A stretch of 32,000 bases of DNA from Kiritimatiella glycovorans. GTDB lineage: Bacteria > Verrucomicrobiota > Kiritimatiellia > Kiritimatiellales > Kiritimatiellaceae. Position numbers and translations under genes: made by a program. The notes beneath the pieces were generated by a model, which was not told the origin of the DNA, searched no databases, and worked only from the letters and a program-made list of their open reading frames with translations. This document shows positions 13,879 to 21,727 of the stretch, one piece after another (the stretch's first letter is position 1; each line of letters begins with the position of its first letter). Location: the NCBI RefSeq assembly GCF_001017655.1, contig NZ_CP010904.1, forward strand, positions 2,520,001 through 2,552,000, given 5' to 3'.

Positions 13879-14957
13879 GCGCGCCCTCGATCCTGTTCTT
13901 CGACGCGAAATCGTACGACCGCGAATTTTTCCAGGCCGCGAACGGGAATTTCGGGTACGAGCTCACGTTTCTGGGCCATCGGCTGACCGGGGAGAGCGCG
14001 CGCCTGGCGGAGGGGCACGACGCCGTGTGTGCGTTCGTCAACGACCGCCTCTCGCCGGAGGTGGCCGACACACTGGCGGACAGCGGGATCGGGCTGGTGG
14101 CCCTGCGCTGCGCGGGGTATAACAACGTCGACCTCCGCTCCTTTTTCGGACGCATTCACGTCGTACGCGTGCCGGCGTATTCCCCGCATGCCGTGGCGGA
14201 ACACACCCTGGCCCTCATCCTGTCGCTGAACCGCAAGACTCACCGCGCGTATTACCGGACCCGCGACGGGAATTTCGCGATCGAGGGACTGCTCGGGTTC
14301 GACATGGCGGGCAAGACCGCCGGCGTGGTGGGCACCGGCAGTATCGGCCGCTGTGCGGCACAGCTTTTGCGCGGGTTCGGCATGGAGGTGCTCGCCTTTG
14401 ACGTAAACCCCGACCTCGAATGGGCGGAGCGCTCGGGCGTGACCTACGTGGACATGGGGGAACTGTACCGCCGCTCACACCTCATCACGCTCCACTGCCC
14501 CCTCACCTCCGACAACCATCACATGATCAACGCCGATACCATCGGGCAGATGCGCGACGGGGTCATGATCATCAATACCGGCCGCGGCGGGCTGATCGAC
14601 GCCCCGGCACTCACCGAGGCCCTGAAAGACCGCAAGGTCGGCGCGGCCGGACTGGACGTCTACGAGGAAGAGGATCAGTACTTCTTCGAGGATTTCTCGG
14701 TCCGGGGGCTGGACGACGACGTCCTCGCGCGCCTGCTGACCTTTCCCAATGTGCTGATCACCTCGCACCAGGCCTTTTTCACACGCGAGGCGCTCACCAA
14801 TATCGCCGACACGACGCTCGGCAATATCCGCGACTACTTCGAGGGGCGGCCGCTGGAAAACGAGATCTGCTACCGCTGCTGCGACGAGGGCTGCCGCAAA
14901 GAGGAAAAAGGGCGCTGCTTTGAATCCGGGCCGGAATCCGCCCCGCCGTCGGAGTGA
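13875..14957 (+). CDS. ldhA: D-lactate dehydrogenase (D-isomer 2-hydroxyacid dehydrogenase) with a Cys-rich C-terminal tail
   Basis: From the internal ATG 13875 of track ORF 13257-14957 (ATGA overlap with the aspC stop). FFDAKSYDREFF..FGYELTFL..ALRCAGYNNVDL..VRVPAYSPHAVAEH..GKTAGVVGTGSIG..LHCPLT..NTGRGGLID..GLDVYEEE..FFED..TSHQAFFT matches E. coli LdhA block by block. Confidence 0.9.
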   Translation: MSAPSILFFDAKSYDREFFQAANGNFGYELTFLGHRLTGESARLAEGHDAVCAFVNDRLSPEVADTLADSGIGLVALRCAGYNNVDLRSFFGRIHVVRVPAYSPHAVAEHTLALILSLNRKTHRAYYRTRDGNFAIEGLLGFDMAGKTAGVVGTGSIGRCAAQLLRGFGMEVLAFDVNPDLEWAERSGVTYVDMGELYRRSHLITLHCPLTSDNHHMINADTIGQMRDGVMIINTGRGGLIDAPALTEALKDRKVGAAGLDVYEEEDQYFFEDFSVRGLDDDVLARLLTFPNVLITSHQAFFTREALTNIADTTLGNIRDYFEGRPLENEICYRCCDEGCRKEEKGRCFESGPESAPPSE

Positions 14958-15144
14958 TCACCACAGGATGTGTACCCGGAGCGTCGAAGGCGCGATCTCT
15001 CCGCCTTCGGCCCTTTATGCCTTCGGCGGACAGGCTAAGCGCGCCGATCGCTTGCGGACGGCCCGGAGGTCCGTCCCTACCTTCACGCACGGGTACAGTA
15101 CGAGTACGATATTTCCCCGGGTGTCCCCATGTGGAACTCAGGAG
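14958..15144 (-). repeat. Repeat family A, copy A4 (fills the whole gap between the convergent ldhA and small membrane genes)
   Basis: The minus strand reads CTCCTGAGTTCCACATGGGGACACCCGGGGAAATATCGTACTCGTACTGTAC...GAGATCGCGCCTTCGACGCTCCGGGTACACATCCTGTGGTGA. It starts right after one stop codon (15145-15147) and ends right at the other (14955-14957). Confidence 0.75.
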
Positions 15145-15549
15145 TCATTGCTCGTGTTTTCGAACTCTCTCTTCTCCACGCCCCTGCGCCCTTTCTCCCT
15201 GCGAACGGTGATGCCGGCGGCTGCGGTGCGGGCGTTTGCGGTGCGACAGTGAAGACCGACGCGGCTTCCGGGGCCTGAAAAGGCGGGAGTCGGCCTCGCC
15301 CCACAGGTGGCGGAACCAGAGGCGGGCGGTTGCGACAATGACGGAAATGCCGCAGATAATCACGGTAATCACCAGGATCAGGCGCGCGCGCCCCTGAGCG
15401 TCGATATTGCCCGTCTCCGCCTCACGCTGCATTTCGGCATAACCGAACAGTCCCAGCAGGAGCACGATGAGGGCGAACAGCAGCAGCCCGTAATTAGGCC
15501 GCAGCCGGAACATGGCCACTTTGCCGCTGCCGGCGGAGTTCATACGCAT
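15145..15549 (-). CDS. Small two-TM membrane protein with an Arg-rich tail (paralog of 15575-15829)
   Basis: ..MFRLRPNYGLLLFALIVLLLGLFGY...LILVITVIICGISVIVATARLWF, then a basic tail. The likely true start is the internal Met (MFRL, ~15513). The tail may be partly read-through into GC-rich spacer. Confidence 0.45.
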   Translation of the reverse strand: MRMNSAGSGKVAMFRLRPNYGLLLFALIVLLLGLFGYAEMQREAETGNIDAQGRARLILVITVIICGISVIVATARLWFRHLWGEADSRLFRPRKPRRSSLSHRKRPHRSRRHHRSQGERAQGRGEERVRKHEQ

Positions 15550-15574
15550 GGGGCGTCTCTCATTACTCCGCCTC

Positions 15575-15829
15575 TCAGAATCCGTCCCGGCCGCGCAACA
15601 CTCCGAAGAGGAAAGGCGCGAAGGAAGCGATCATACACAAACCCGCGAGCAGTGCGGTCACGCACGCCGCGAGGCAAACCGGCTGCCGGCTGGTTGCATC
15701 CCCCTCCTGCACACCCTGAGCAAGATAGGTGGTCACCAGACCGCCCAGCAGGAGAATCAGCAGCGCCAGCCACCAGAGACTGTAATTCGGGGTGACTTTC
15801 ATAGCCACCTGACCATCCACCCGATTCAT
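15575..15829 (-). CDS. Small two-TM membrane protein (paralog of 15145-15549)
   Basis: ..MKVTPNYSLWWLALLILLLGGLVTTY...CLAACVTALLAGLCMIASFAPFLF. It has the same architecture and P-N-Y motif as its neighbour. The likely start is the internal Met at ~15802. Confidence 0.5.
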   Translation of the reverse strand: MNRVDGQVAMKVTPNYSLWWLALLILLLGGLVTTYLAQGVQEGDATSRQPVCLAACVTALLAGLCMIASFAPFLFGVLRGRDGF

Positions 15830-15875
15830 CCGGTCTATCCCCTTGTCACCCTGCAGAAAAAGCGTGTTCCTCTAG

Positions 15876-15958
15876 TGGGCGCGGCGGGACTCGAACCCGC
15901 AGGCCTGAGCGGCACGAGATCCTAAATCTCGCGTGTTTACCAGTTTCACCACGCGCCC
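15876..15958 (-). tRNA. tRNA-Leu (anticodon UAG), type II with long variable arm, CCA not encoded
   Basis: The minus strand reads GGGCGCGTGGTGAAACTGGTAAACACGCGAGATTTAGGATCTCGTGCCGCTCAGGCCTGCGGGTTCGAGTCCCGCCGCGCCCA. Acceptor GGGCGCG/CGCGCCC, anticodon stem CGAGA/TCTCG with loop TTTAGGA. Confidence 0.9.
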
Positions 15959-16046
15959 GCCGGCGTCCACCGATTTATGCCCCAAGATAGCGACTGGGGT
16001 GGCGTTGACAATATCTTTTTGGATTAACCTTCCCCTCCCCGCTCTC

Positions 16047-16850
16047 TCAGGGGGTGGTCATGTCCGTGCCGGGCGTGTGCCGCATCAGAAATTCACCGGC
16101 CAGGCGACGGTAGGCTTCGCTGCCGGGACTGTGCGGATCGTAGTCCGTCACGGGCCGACCGTAGCTCGGCGCCTCGCTGAGGCGGACGCTGCGCGGAATG
16201 AGCGTCTCATAGACGCTAGATCCGAAATGTGTGCGGACCTCTTCGACCACCTGACGTGAGAGGTTGGTTCGCGCGTCGAACATCGTCATCACGATCCCGT
16301 CCAGTCGCAGCTCCGGATTGGCGCCGTCCGCCAGGCGGCGGATGATGTCGGTGATCACGCTCAGCCCCTCCAGGGCGTAATATTCGCACTGGATCGGCAC
16401 GATCACCTGCTGCACGGCGGCGAGCGCGTTCATGAAGAGGATGCCGAGGGAGGGGGGGCAGTCCAGAAAGATATAGTCGTAACGGCGGTCGTCGACCAGC
16501 GGGGTGAGGCATCGTTTAAGGCAGTGCAGGTAGCGTTCCGTGCGGGCGATATCCACTTCCGCGCCCGCGAGGTCGAGTTCCGAGGGGAGCAGGTCGAGGT
16601 TTTCGATCCCCGTGCCGTGGACCGCCTCCTGCGCGCCGGTTTCGCCAAGCAGTGCGCGGTAGATGCTTTGTCCGGGGGTCGATTCGACGCCCAGCCCGCT
16701 GGTGGCGTTGGCCTGCGGGTCCAGATCCACCAGCAGCACCCGTTTGCCCTGTTCGGCGATACAGGCGGACAGATTGACCGCGGTCGTGGTCTTGCCCACG
16801 CCGCCCTTCTGATTGGCCAGTGCTGTGAGTCGTGTCGACATGCGCGCCAT
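16047..16850 (-). CDS. parA: ParA/Soj-type partition ATPase
   Basis: Deviant Walker A ANQKGGVGKTTTAVNL, then LLVDLDPQANAT, D.IFLDCPPSLG and IPRSVRLSEAPSYG. This is a full-length Soj pattern. Confidence 0.9.
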   Translation of the reverse strand: MARMSTRLTALANQKGGVGKTTTAVNLSACIAEQGKRVLLVDLDPQANATSGLGVESTPGQSIYRALLGETGAQEAVHGTGIENLDLLPSELDLAGAEVDIARTERYLHCLKRCLTPLVDDRRYDYIFLDCPPSLGILFMNALAAVQQVIVPIQCEYYALEGLSVITDIIRRLADGANPELRLDGIVMTMFDARTNLSRQVVEEVRTHFGSSVYETLIPRSVRLSEAPSYGRPVTDYDPHSPGSEAYRRLAGEFLMRHTPGTDMTTP

Positions 16851-16895
16851 TTAAGCGGATATCCCGTTCGGCGGGAAGCGGGATCGGGAGAAAAG

Positions 16896-16932
16896 AACCC
16901 AAAAACGAGGCGCGCTCCGGAGAGCGCGCCTC
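16896..16932 (-). terminator. Rho-independent terminator of the proVWX operon
   Basis: A perfect 11-bp stem GAGGCGCGCTC/GAGCGCGCCTC with a 4-nt loop (16907-16932) is followed on the minus strand by GTTTTTGGG. It lies 25 nt after the proX stop. Confidence 0.8.
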
Positions 16933-16957
16933 ATCGACGTCCGTGTTATGAACGGAC

Positions 16958-17839
16958 TTATCCGCCGATCCAGCTGTTGACGAGGTCCATGTGTTCCTCT
17001 TTCCACTGGCGGGCGGCTTCGAGTTTGTTTTCCTTGTTGTTGCGCAGCTTGTTCATCAGCGTACCGATCTGCTGATCGTTGAACTTCATCGCCTTGAACA
17101 GCGCGTAGACCTCGGGCAGGTCTTTCTCGATTCCGAGACGGGCGACCGCCTGGACGGTTTCGACATCCCCGTAGACCTTTTCGGGATCGTCCAGGAACTT
17201 CAGGTCCCAGCGGGCGAACTTCCAGTGCGGAGCCCAGCCCGTCACGGCGATCCACTCTTTCTTGTCGACCGCGCGTTTCAGCGACGCCGTCATCGCCGGG
17301 CCGCTCGAGGAGACCAGCTTGTAGTCGAGATCGTAGGCGGGGATCGCCTTCTCGGTGGTCTTCATGATGCCGGCGCCCGGATCGATTCCGATGATCTCGC
17401 CGTCGAACTGCGCCTTGTACTGGTTCATCTCCGCGATCGAGTCGCACTTCACGTACTGCGGAACGACGAGGCCGATGCGGGCCGAATCGTACCAGCAGCC
17501 GACCTTCTGGATGTCGTCGCCGTACTTCTTCATGTACGATTTATGGGTGACCGGAAGCCACGTTTCCACAAAGACGTCCTGCGAACCGCTCGCCACGGCG
17601 GTGAACATCGGGGCCACGTCGGCCATCGTGAGGTTCACCTTGTAGTTCATGTCGTCCTCGAGGATCGACTTCACGAGGTGCGCAACGGCAACCCCTTCGG
17701 CCCAGTTCACGTAGCCGATGTTGACTTCTTTTTTGGCCGGACCGGAGTCCTTCTGCCAGGGCCACTTGAATCCGGTGGCCGTCGTGAGCGCGGCGCAGAA
17801 CACCGTCGCGATCAGCATACCGTTGATGAAACGCTTCAT
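16958..17839 (-). CDS. proX: Glycine betaine/proline betaine ABC transporter substrate-binding protein (ProX/OpuAC)
   Basis: Signal peptide followed by the OpuAC-type pattern NIGYVNWAEGVAVAHL..VFVETWLP..IGLVVPQY..GIDPGAG. Confidence 0.85.
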   Translation of the reverse strand: MKRFINGMLIATVFCAALTTATGFKWPWQKDSGPAKKEVNIGYVNWAEGVAVAHLVKSILEDDMNYKVNLTMADVAPMFTAVASGSQDVFVETWLPVTHKSYMKKYGDDIQKVGCWYDSARIGLVVPQYVKCDSIAEMNQYKAQFDGEIIGIDPGAGIMKTTEKAIPAYDLDYKLVSSSGPAMTASLKRAVDKKEWIAVTGWAPHWKFARWDLKFLDDPEKVYGDVETVQAVARLGIEKDLPEVYALFKAMKFNDQQIGTLMNKLRNNKENKLEAARQWKEEHMDLVNSWIGG

Positions 17840-17911
17840 AATATTCTCCTTTTGCGGTTGTGTGTGCTCTCTTTCCGCCCTCCTCCGGGGAAGGCGCTCC
17901 CACGGGAACGG

Positions 17912-18745
17912 TCAGGACGTGCTGCCGCTGCCGAGGGAATAGGTGATCCGGTCGAGGATCATGGCGAGGATCACAATCGCGATTCCCGCTTCGAACCCCT
18001 GACCGATTTCCATTCGGGTGATGCCGTTGTATACCTCTTTACCGAGGCCTTCGGCCCCGATCATCGCGGCAATCACCACCATGGACAGGGACAGCATGAT
18101 GGTCTGGTTCACGCCCGCGAGGATGCTGGGCATCGCCATCGGGAGCTGAACCTTGACCAGCTGCTGCATCGGGGTCGACCCGAACGACTCCGCCGCCTCC
18201 ATCACGTCGGACGGTAGCTGGCGAATACCGAGGTTGGTCAGACGCACGGCCGGCGGCATCGCGAAGATCACCGTCGCCACGGCGCCGGGGACGTTCCCGA
18301 GCTGGAAGAACAGGATGGCCGGGATCAGATACACGTAGGCCGGCATGGTCTGCATGAAGTCGAGAATCGGGCGCACCACGCGCTCCACGCCGTCCTTCCA
18401 GGCGCAGACGATCCCCAGCGGGATACCGATGAGCAGCGCGAAGAACGTCGCCGCCAGCACCAGCGCCAGTGACTGCATCGTCGCCGCCCACAATTCCATG
18501 AGGGCGATCAGGAACAGGCCGAGGAACGTGAAGATGGCCATTTTGCGGCTCCCCACCTTCCAGGCGATGGCGCTGATAATGATGATCATGATGAGCGCCG
18601 GCGGCAGGTTCAGCAGCATCTCCATGAAGCCGATCGTGGCGTCGATGAGCGCGCGGAGGCCGTTGAACAGACCCTCGAAATTATCGAGCAGCCAGTCGAC
18701 CCCTTTCTCAAAATACGGTCCCAGATGAAACGTAAACGGGATCAT
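17912..18745 (-). CDS. proW: Glycine betaine/proline ABC transporter permease (ProW/OpuAB)
   Basis: 277-aa polytopic protein with the ProW-like N-terminus (IPFTFHLGPYFEKGVDWL) and the EAA-type loop MEAAESFGSTPMQQLVKVQLPMAMPSILAG. Overlaps the proV stop by 4 nt. Confidence 0.85.
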   Translation of the reverse strand: MIPFTFHLGPYFEKGVDWLLDNFEGLFNGLRALIDATIGFMEMLLNLPPALIMIIIISAIAWKVGSRKMAIFTFLGLFLIALMELWAATMQSLALVLAATFFALLIGIPLGIVCAWKDGVERVVRPILDFMQTMPAYVYLIPAILFFQLGNVPGAVATVIFAMPPAVRLTNLGIRQLPSDVMEAAESFGSTPMQQLVKVQLPMAMPSILAGVNQTIMLSLSMVVIAAMIGAEGLGKEVYNGITRMEIGQGFEAGIAIVILAMILDRITYSLGSGSTS

Positions 18746-19941
18746 TCCGCTCCTCCTTCTCCGGCGATGCCGGACAGCAGATCGGCGCGGGTGACGATGC
18801 CCAGGAAGCGGCCCTCATCGCCGACCACGGCGAAGGGAATGCTGCTTCCGGACGCGTCCGCGACCATGTCGGCGATCGAGGTGTCCGGCTTGACGGTATT
18901 CACGTCCTTGACGAGGATCTCCTTGAGGTCCGTCTTGCCTTCCTTCGACGCGCCCACGGCCTCGTCGATCCTGACATACCCCTGCAGTTTCCGGTCCTGA
19001 TCGGTGACGAACACCGTCGACAAACCCGACTGGCGCATATGGCGCATCGCCTGATGCGGACCGTCCTTATGCAGTGCCAGCGTATCGGGCCGGCGCATGA
19101 TGGTGCGCGCGGTGATCACCTTGGAGCGGTCCACGTTTTCCACAAAGGCCCGCACGTATTCGTCCGCCGGCAGGGTGATGATCTGTTCCGGCGTCCCGAT
19201 CTGGACGATCACGCCGTCCTTCATGATCGCAATCCGGTCGCCGATCTTGAGTGCCTCGTCGAGATCGTGGGTAATGAAGACCACCGTCTTGTGCATCTCC
19301 GCCTGCATATCGAGCAGCTCGTCCTGCATCTGCGTGCGGATGAGCGGGTCGAGTGCGCTGAACGCCTCATCCATGAGCAGGATTTCGGGATTGGTGGCCA
19401 GTGCCCGGGCCAGACCGACCCGCTGCTGCATACCGCCGCTGAGCGACTGCACCGGGCTTGATTCGTAGCCTTCGAGGCCGACCTGGCGGATGGCGTCCAT
19501 CACCTTGTCCTTGCGGTCCGCCTCCGGCACACCGCGGATTTCGAGGCCGTAGCCGACATTGTCGGTCACGTTGCGGTGGGGCAGGAGCCCGAAGTGCTGG
19601 AAGACCATCGAGTACTTGACGCGCCGGATCTCGCGCAGGCGTTCTTTCGAAACCTGGCGGACATCCTCGCCGTCGAGAATGACGGAGCCCATGCTGGGCT
19701 CGATGAGCCGGTTGAGACAACGCAGGAGCGTGGATTTGCCGCTCCCGGAGAGACCCATCACGACGAAAACTTCGCCGTTGTTGATGGTGAATTCGGCGTT
19801 GTTCACGCCTACGGTGCATCCGGTCCGCTTGAGGATTTCCTCCTTGGCGACCCCTTTGTCCACGAGCTTTCTGGCCGCGGGGACCCGGTGACCGAAGATC
19901 TTGTAAAGTCCTTTGCATTCAATGCAGGCTTCGCCCGCCAT
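18742..19941 (-). CDS. proV: Glycine betaine/proline ABC transporter ATPase with C-terminal tandem CBS domains (ProV/OpuAA)
   Basis: Walker A GLSGSGKST, signature LSGGMQQRVGLARAL and Walker B ILLMDEAFSALD, followed by a CBS-pair-like tail. Confidence 0.9.
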   Translation of the reverse strand: MAGEACIECKGLYKIFGHRVPAARKLVDKGVAKEEILKRTGCTVGVNNAEFTINNGEVFVVMGLSGSGKSTLLRCLNRLIEPSMGSVILDGEDVRQVSKERLREIRRVKYSMVFQHFGLLPHRNVTDNVGYGLEIRGVPEADRKDKVMDAIRQVGLEGYESSPVQSLSGGMQQRVGLARALATNPEILLMDEAFSALDPLIRTQMQDELLDMQAEMHKTVVFITHDLDEALKIGDRIAIMKDGVIVQIGTPEQIITLPADEYVRAFVENVDRSKVITARTIMRRPDTLALHKDGPHQAMRHMRQSGLSTVFVTDQDRKLQGYVRIDEAVGASKEGKTDLKEILVKDVNTVKPDTSIADMVADASGSSIPFAVVGDEGRFLGIVTRADLLSGIAGEGGAE

Positions 19942-19967
19942 ACACGCCTCCCTGTTGGGGGGAATAA

Positions 19968-19999
19968 CGTCCCGCCCCGCCCTGAGGCGGCGCGGGACG
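19968..19999 (-). promoter_or_regulatory. Intercistronic GC hairpin between the porin gene and proV
   Basis: 13 bp (8 + 5 with one C-C mismatch) with loop CTGA. No U-tract follows, so it is more likely a processing, stability or partial-termination element than a full terminator. Confidence 0.4.
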
Positions 20000-20016
20000 C
20001 GTTCAAGCGGCCGGAC

Positions 20017-21228
20017 TCAGAAGTAGAATCCGACGTTAACGTTAAAACGAGTCTGCCACTCGTTTTCCGTGGTCCCCGCACCGGAGGCCAGTCCGTTGTC
20101 CCAGTTGCCGCCAAGCCACGGCTGATTACGGCCCGAAGCCACATCCACGTAGGTGAACCAGCGCCCGGAAGCGATCATGCAGCCGAGCACGTTCTGCTCG
20201 GAATCCTCAAACGCCCCGTCGTCCTTCACGAGAATACTGTAATCATCGTAGAAGGTCAGCGAATCGATCATGTCCCAGGCGATCGGAAGCGTGTAGGCGA
20301 GACCCGCGCAGTAGATCTGCCCCTTCGAGGCGATCAGGTACGGGGCGTCGTACGCGCCCATCATCACGTAGCTGCCGCTGTCGTAGGTGCTCGGACCCAT
20401 CGTGTAGCCATTGGCGTTTTCGAGGCTGTACTCGTAACGGATCGCCTCGAGCTGGAGGTTCCAGCGGCCGTAGTCGCCGTTGAGGTGCAGGCACCCCGCA
20501 TAACGGTCACCGTCGTCATCGTCCACGTCGACTTCAATCTTGCCGGCCTGCAGAGAGGCTCCGATCTCGGTCGTCGCATTGGAGCCGTGCTCCATGGTGT
20601 ACGTCAGACGCGCATTACCCTGGTGCTTCTCCTGGTTGCCGTTGAAGTCCTCGTTGACGAGGTCGTAGGAGTAGCGGGCCGAATCTTCGGAATTGCCGGT
20701 CCAGTGCCCTTCATCGGCGATGTAGTATGCGAGCTTGAAGTTCCAGGGACCGTTCTGGTAGATGCTCTTGATCCCCGTGTCATAGTCGTCTTCCAGCCCC
20801 ACGTAGTAAGGCATCTGGAAGAACCAGTTGTGCGAGGCGTACGGCTGGATCCCGAAGGGAACCTGGTGCACGCCGAGCTGGACCTGGTACTGGTCGCTGA
20901 AGCGGTACCCCAGCCAGCCGTGGTGCAGCATGCTGTAGCCGTCGCTCCAGTCGAAATCCTGAAGCCCTTCGGTGAACACGACGCCGCCGTTGTAGTAGCG
21001 GTATTCCAGCGATCCGATCACGTTGTTCGTGTCGAGATCGAGATTCAGCCGGACGGTATCCATGGTCAGCTCGCCGCCCTCGTAGGTGTCGTCCCAATCA
21101 CGCCACTGGTAGTTCACCCGCGCCGCTCCGCCAACCCGCACCGGGCCCGCGTAGAGCGCATCCGCCGCGAGTGCGGAACCCGCGACCATCATCGTCATCA
21201 ATGCAATTAAACACTGCCTCATAGGCAT
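20017..21228 (-). CDS. Putative outer-membrane beta-barrel porin
   Basis: Signal peptide MPMRQCLIALMTMMVAGSALA-AD. The composition is Tyr/Gly/Asp/Asn/Trp-rich with alternating pattern, and the C-terminus NVNVGFYF ends in Phe (OMP beta-signal). AGGAGA lies 7 nt before the ATG. Confidence 0.7.
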   Translation of the reverse strand: MPMRQCLIALMTMMVAGSALAADALYAGPVRVGGAARVNYQWRDWDDTYEGGELTMDTVRLNLDLDTNNVIGSLEYRYYNGGVVFTEGLQDFDWSDGYSMLHHGWLGYRFSDQYQVQLGVHQVPFGIQPYASHNWFFQMPYYVGLEDDYDTGIKSIYQNGPWNFKLAYYIADEGHWTGNSEDSARYSYDLVNEDFNGNQEKHQGNARLTYTMEHGSNATTEIGASLQAGKIEVDVDDDDGDRYAGCLHLNGDYGRWNLQLEAIRYEYSLENANGYTMGPSTYDSGSYVMMGAYDAPYLIASKGQIYCAGLAYTLPIAWDMIDSLTFYDDYSILVKDDGAFEDSEQNVLGCMIASGRWFTYVDVASGRNQPWLGGNWDNGLASGAGTTENEWQTRFNVNVGFYF

Positions 21229-21423
21229 AGTTTATTCTCCTTTCCCTGTTCCTCGTTCTTCCCCGCCGCCTCCGGCCCGCTCTGCACCCGCGTTTCACCC
21301 CATCAAAAAACTGAGCGTGGAAACAGTCAGCCCCCTCCGGCCCCGCAACACGGGACGCCGGAAGCGGCTTCGAGCACATGCACCGACCGTCAACGGCCCT
21401 GCAGACACGCGATCAATCCGCGC

Positions 21424-21451
21424 GTTATACAACAATCTTGCCGAAAATCAA
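21424..21451 (-). promoter_or_regulatory. Sigma70-like promoter TTGATT-N16-TATAAC for the porin-proVWX operon
   Basis: Read on the minus strand. It would give a ~190-nt leader before the ATG at 21228. Confidence 0.35.
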
Positions 21452-21544
21452 GCGTTTTCGCGTGGCGACCGGAGCCAGGCGCGGGAAGTGGGAAGCAGAC
21501 GGGATGCCGGAAGAAGGAAGTGAGGGGTTGGGCGGGGGAATTAG

Positions 21545-21688
21545 AAGTCAGAGTCAGAATCAGAGTCAGAGTCAGAGGGAGTGAGAAACCTGAGACCTGA
21601 GACCTGAGTAAGAGGGAGAGACCTGAGGGAGTGAGAGACCTGAAACCTGAAACCTGAGTAAGAGGGAGTGAGAGACCTGAGATCTGAG
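21545..21688 (+). repeat. Repeat family C, copy C1 (short-period GAGTCA / CTGAGAC / GAGTAAGAGGGAGTGAGA units)
   Basis: GTCAGAGTCAGAATCAGAGTCAGAGTCAGAGGGAGTGAGAAACCTGAGACCTGAGACCTGAGTAAGAGGGAGAGACCTGAGGGAGTGAGAGACCTGAAACCTGAAACCTGAGTAAGAGGGAGTGAGAGACCTGAGATCTGAG. Confidence 0.8.
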
Positions 21689-21727
21689 TTTCTCTTCTGT
21701 GTTTCCCTGTGCCTTTTTGTGGCCCCT

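Noticed and set aside
16940-16975. DnaA-box/oriC near parA (TTATCCGCC at ~16958)
   Set aside because: This is a single imperfect box overlapping the proX stop. There is no cluster of boxes, no AT-rich unwinding element and no dnaA or dnaN nearby.
16991-18217. 408-aa plus-strand ORF
   Set aside because: It is antisense to proX and proW and has an Arg/His/Val/Asp-rich artefact composition.
19576-21210. 544-aa plus-strand ORF
   Set aside because: It is antisense to proV and the porin gene and has no recognisable domains. The sense genes are supported by Walker motifs and by a signal peptide plus C-terminal Phe.
21229-21417. Riboswitch (for example glycine) in the porin-proVWX leader
   Set aside because: I could not find the glycine-riboswitch core or any other consensus I know. 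The hairpin nearest the T6 run is only 4 bp, so an attenuator is unproven.
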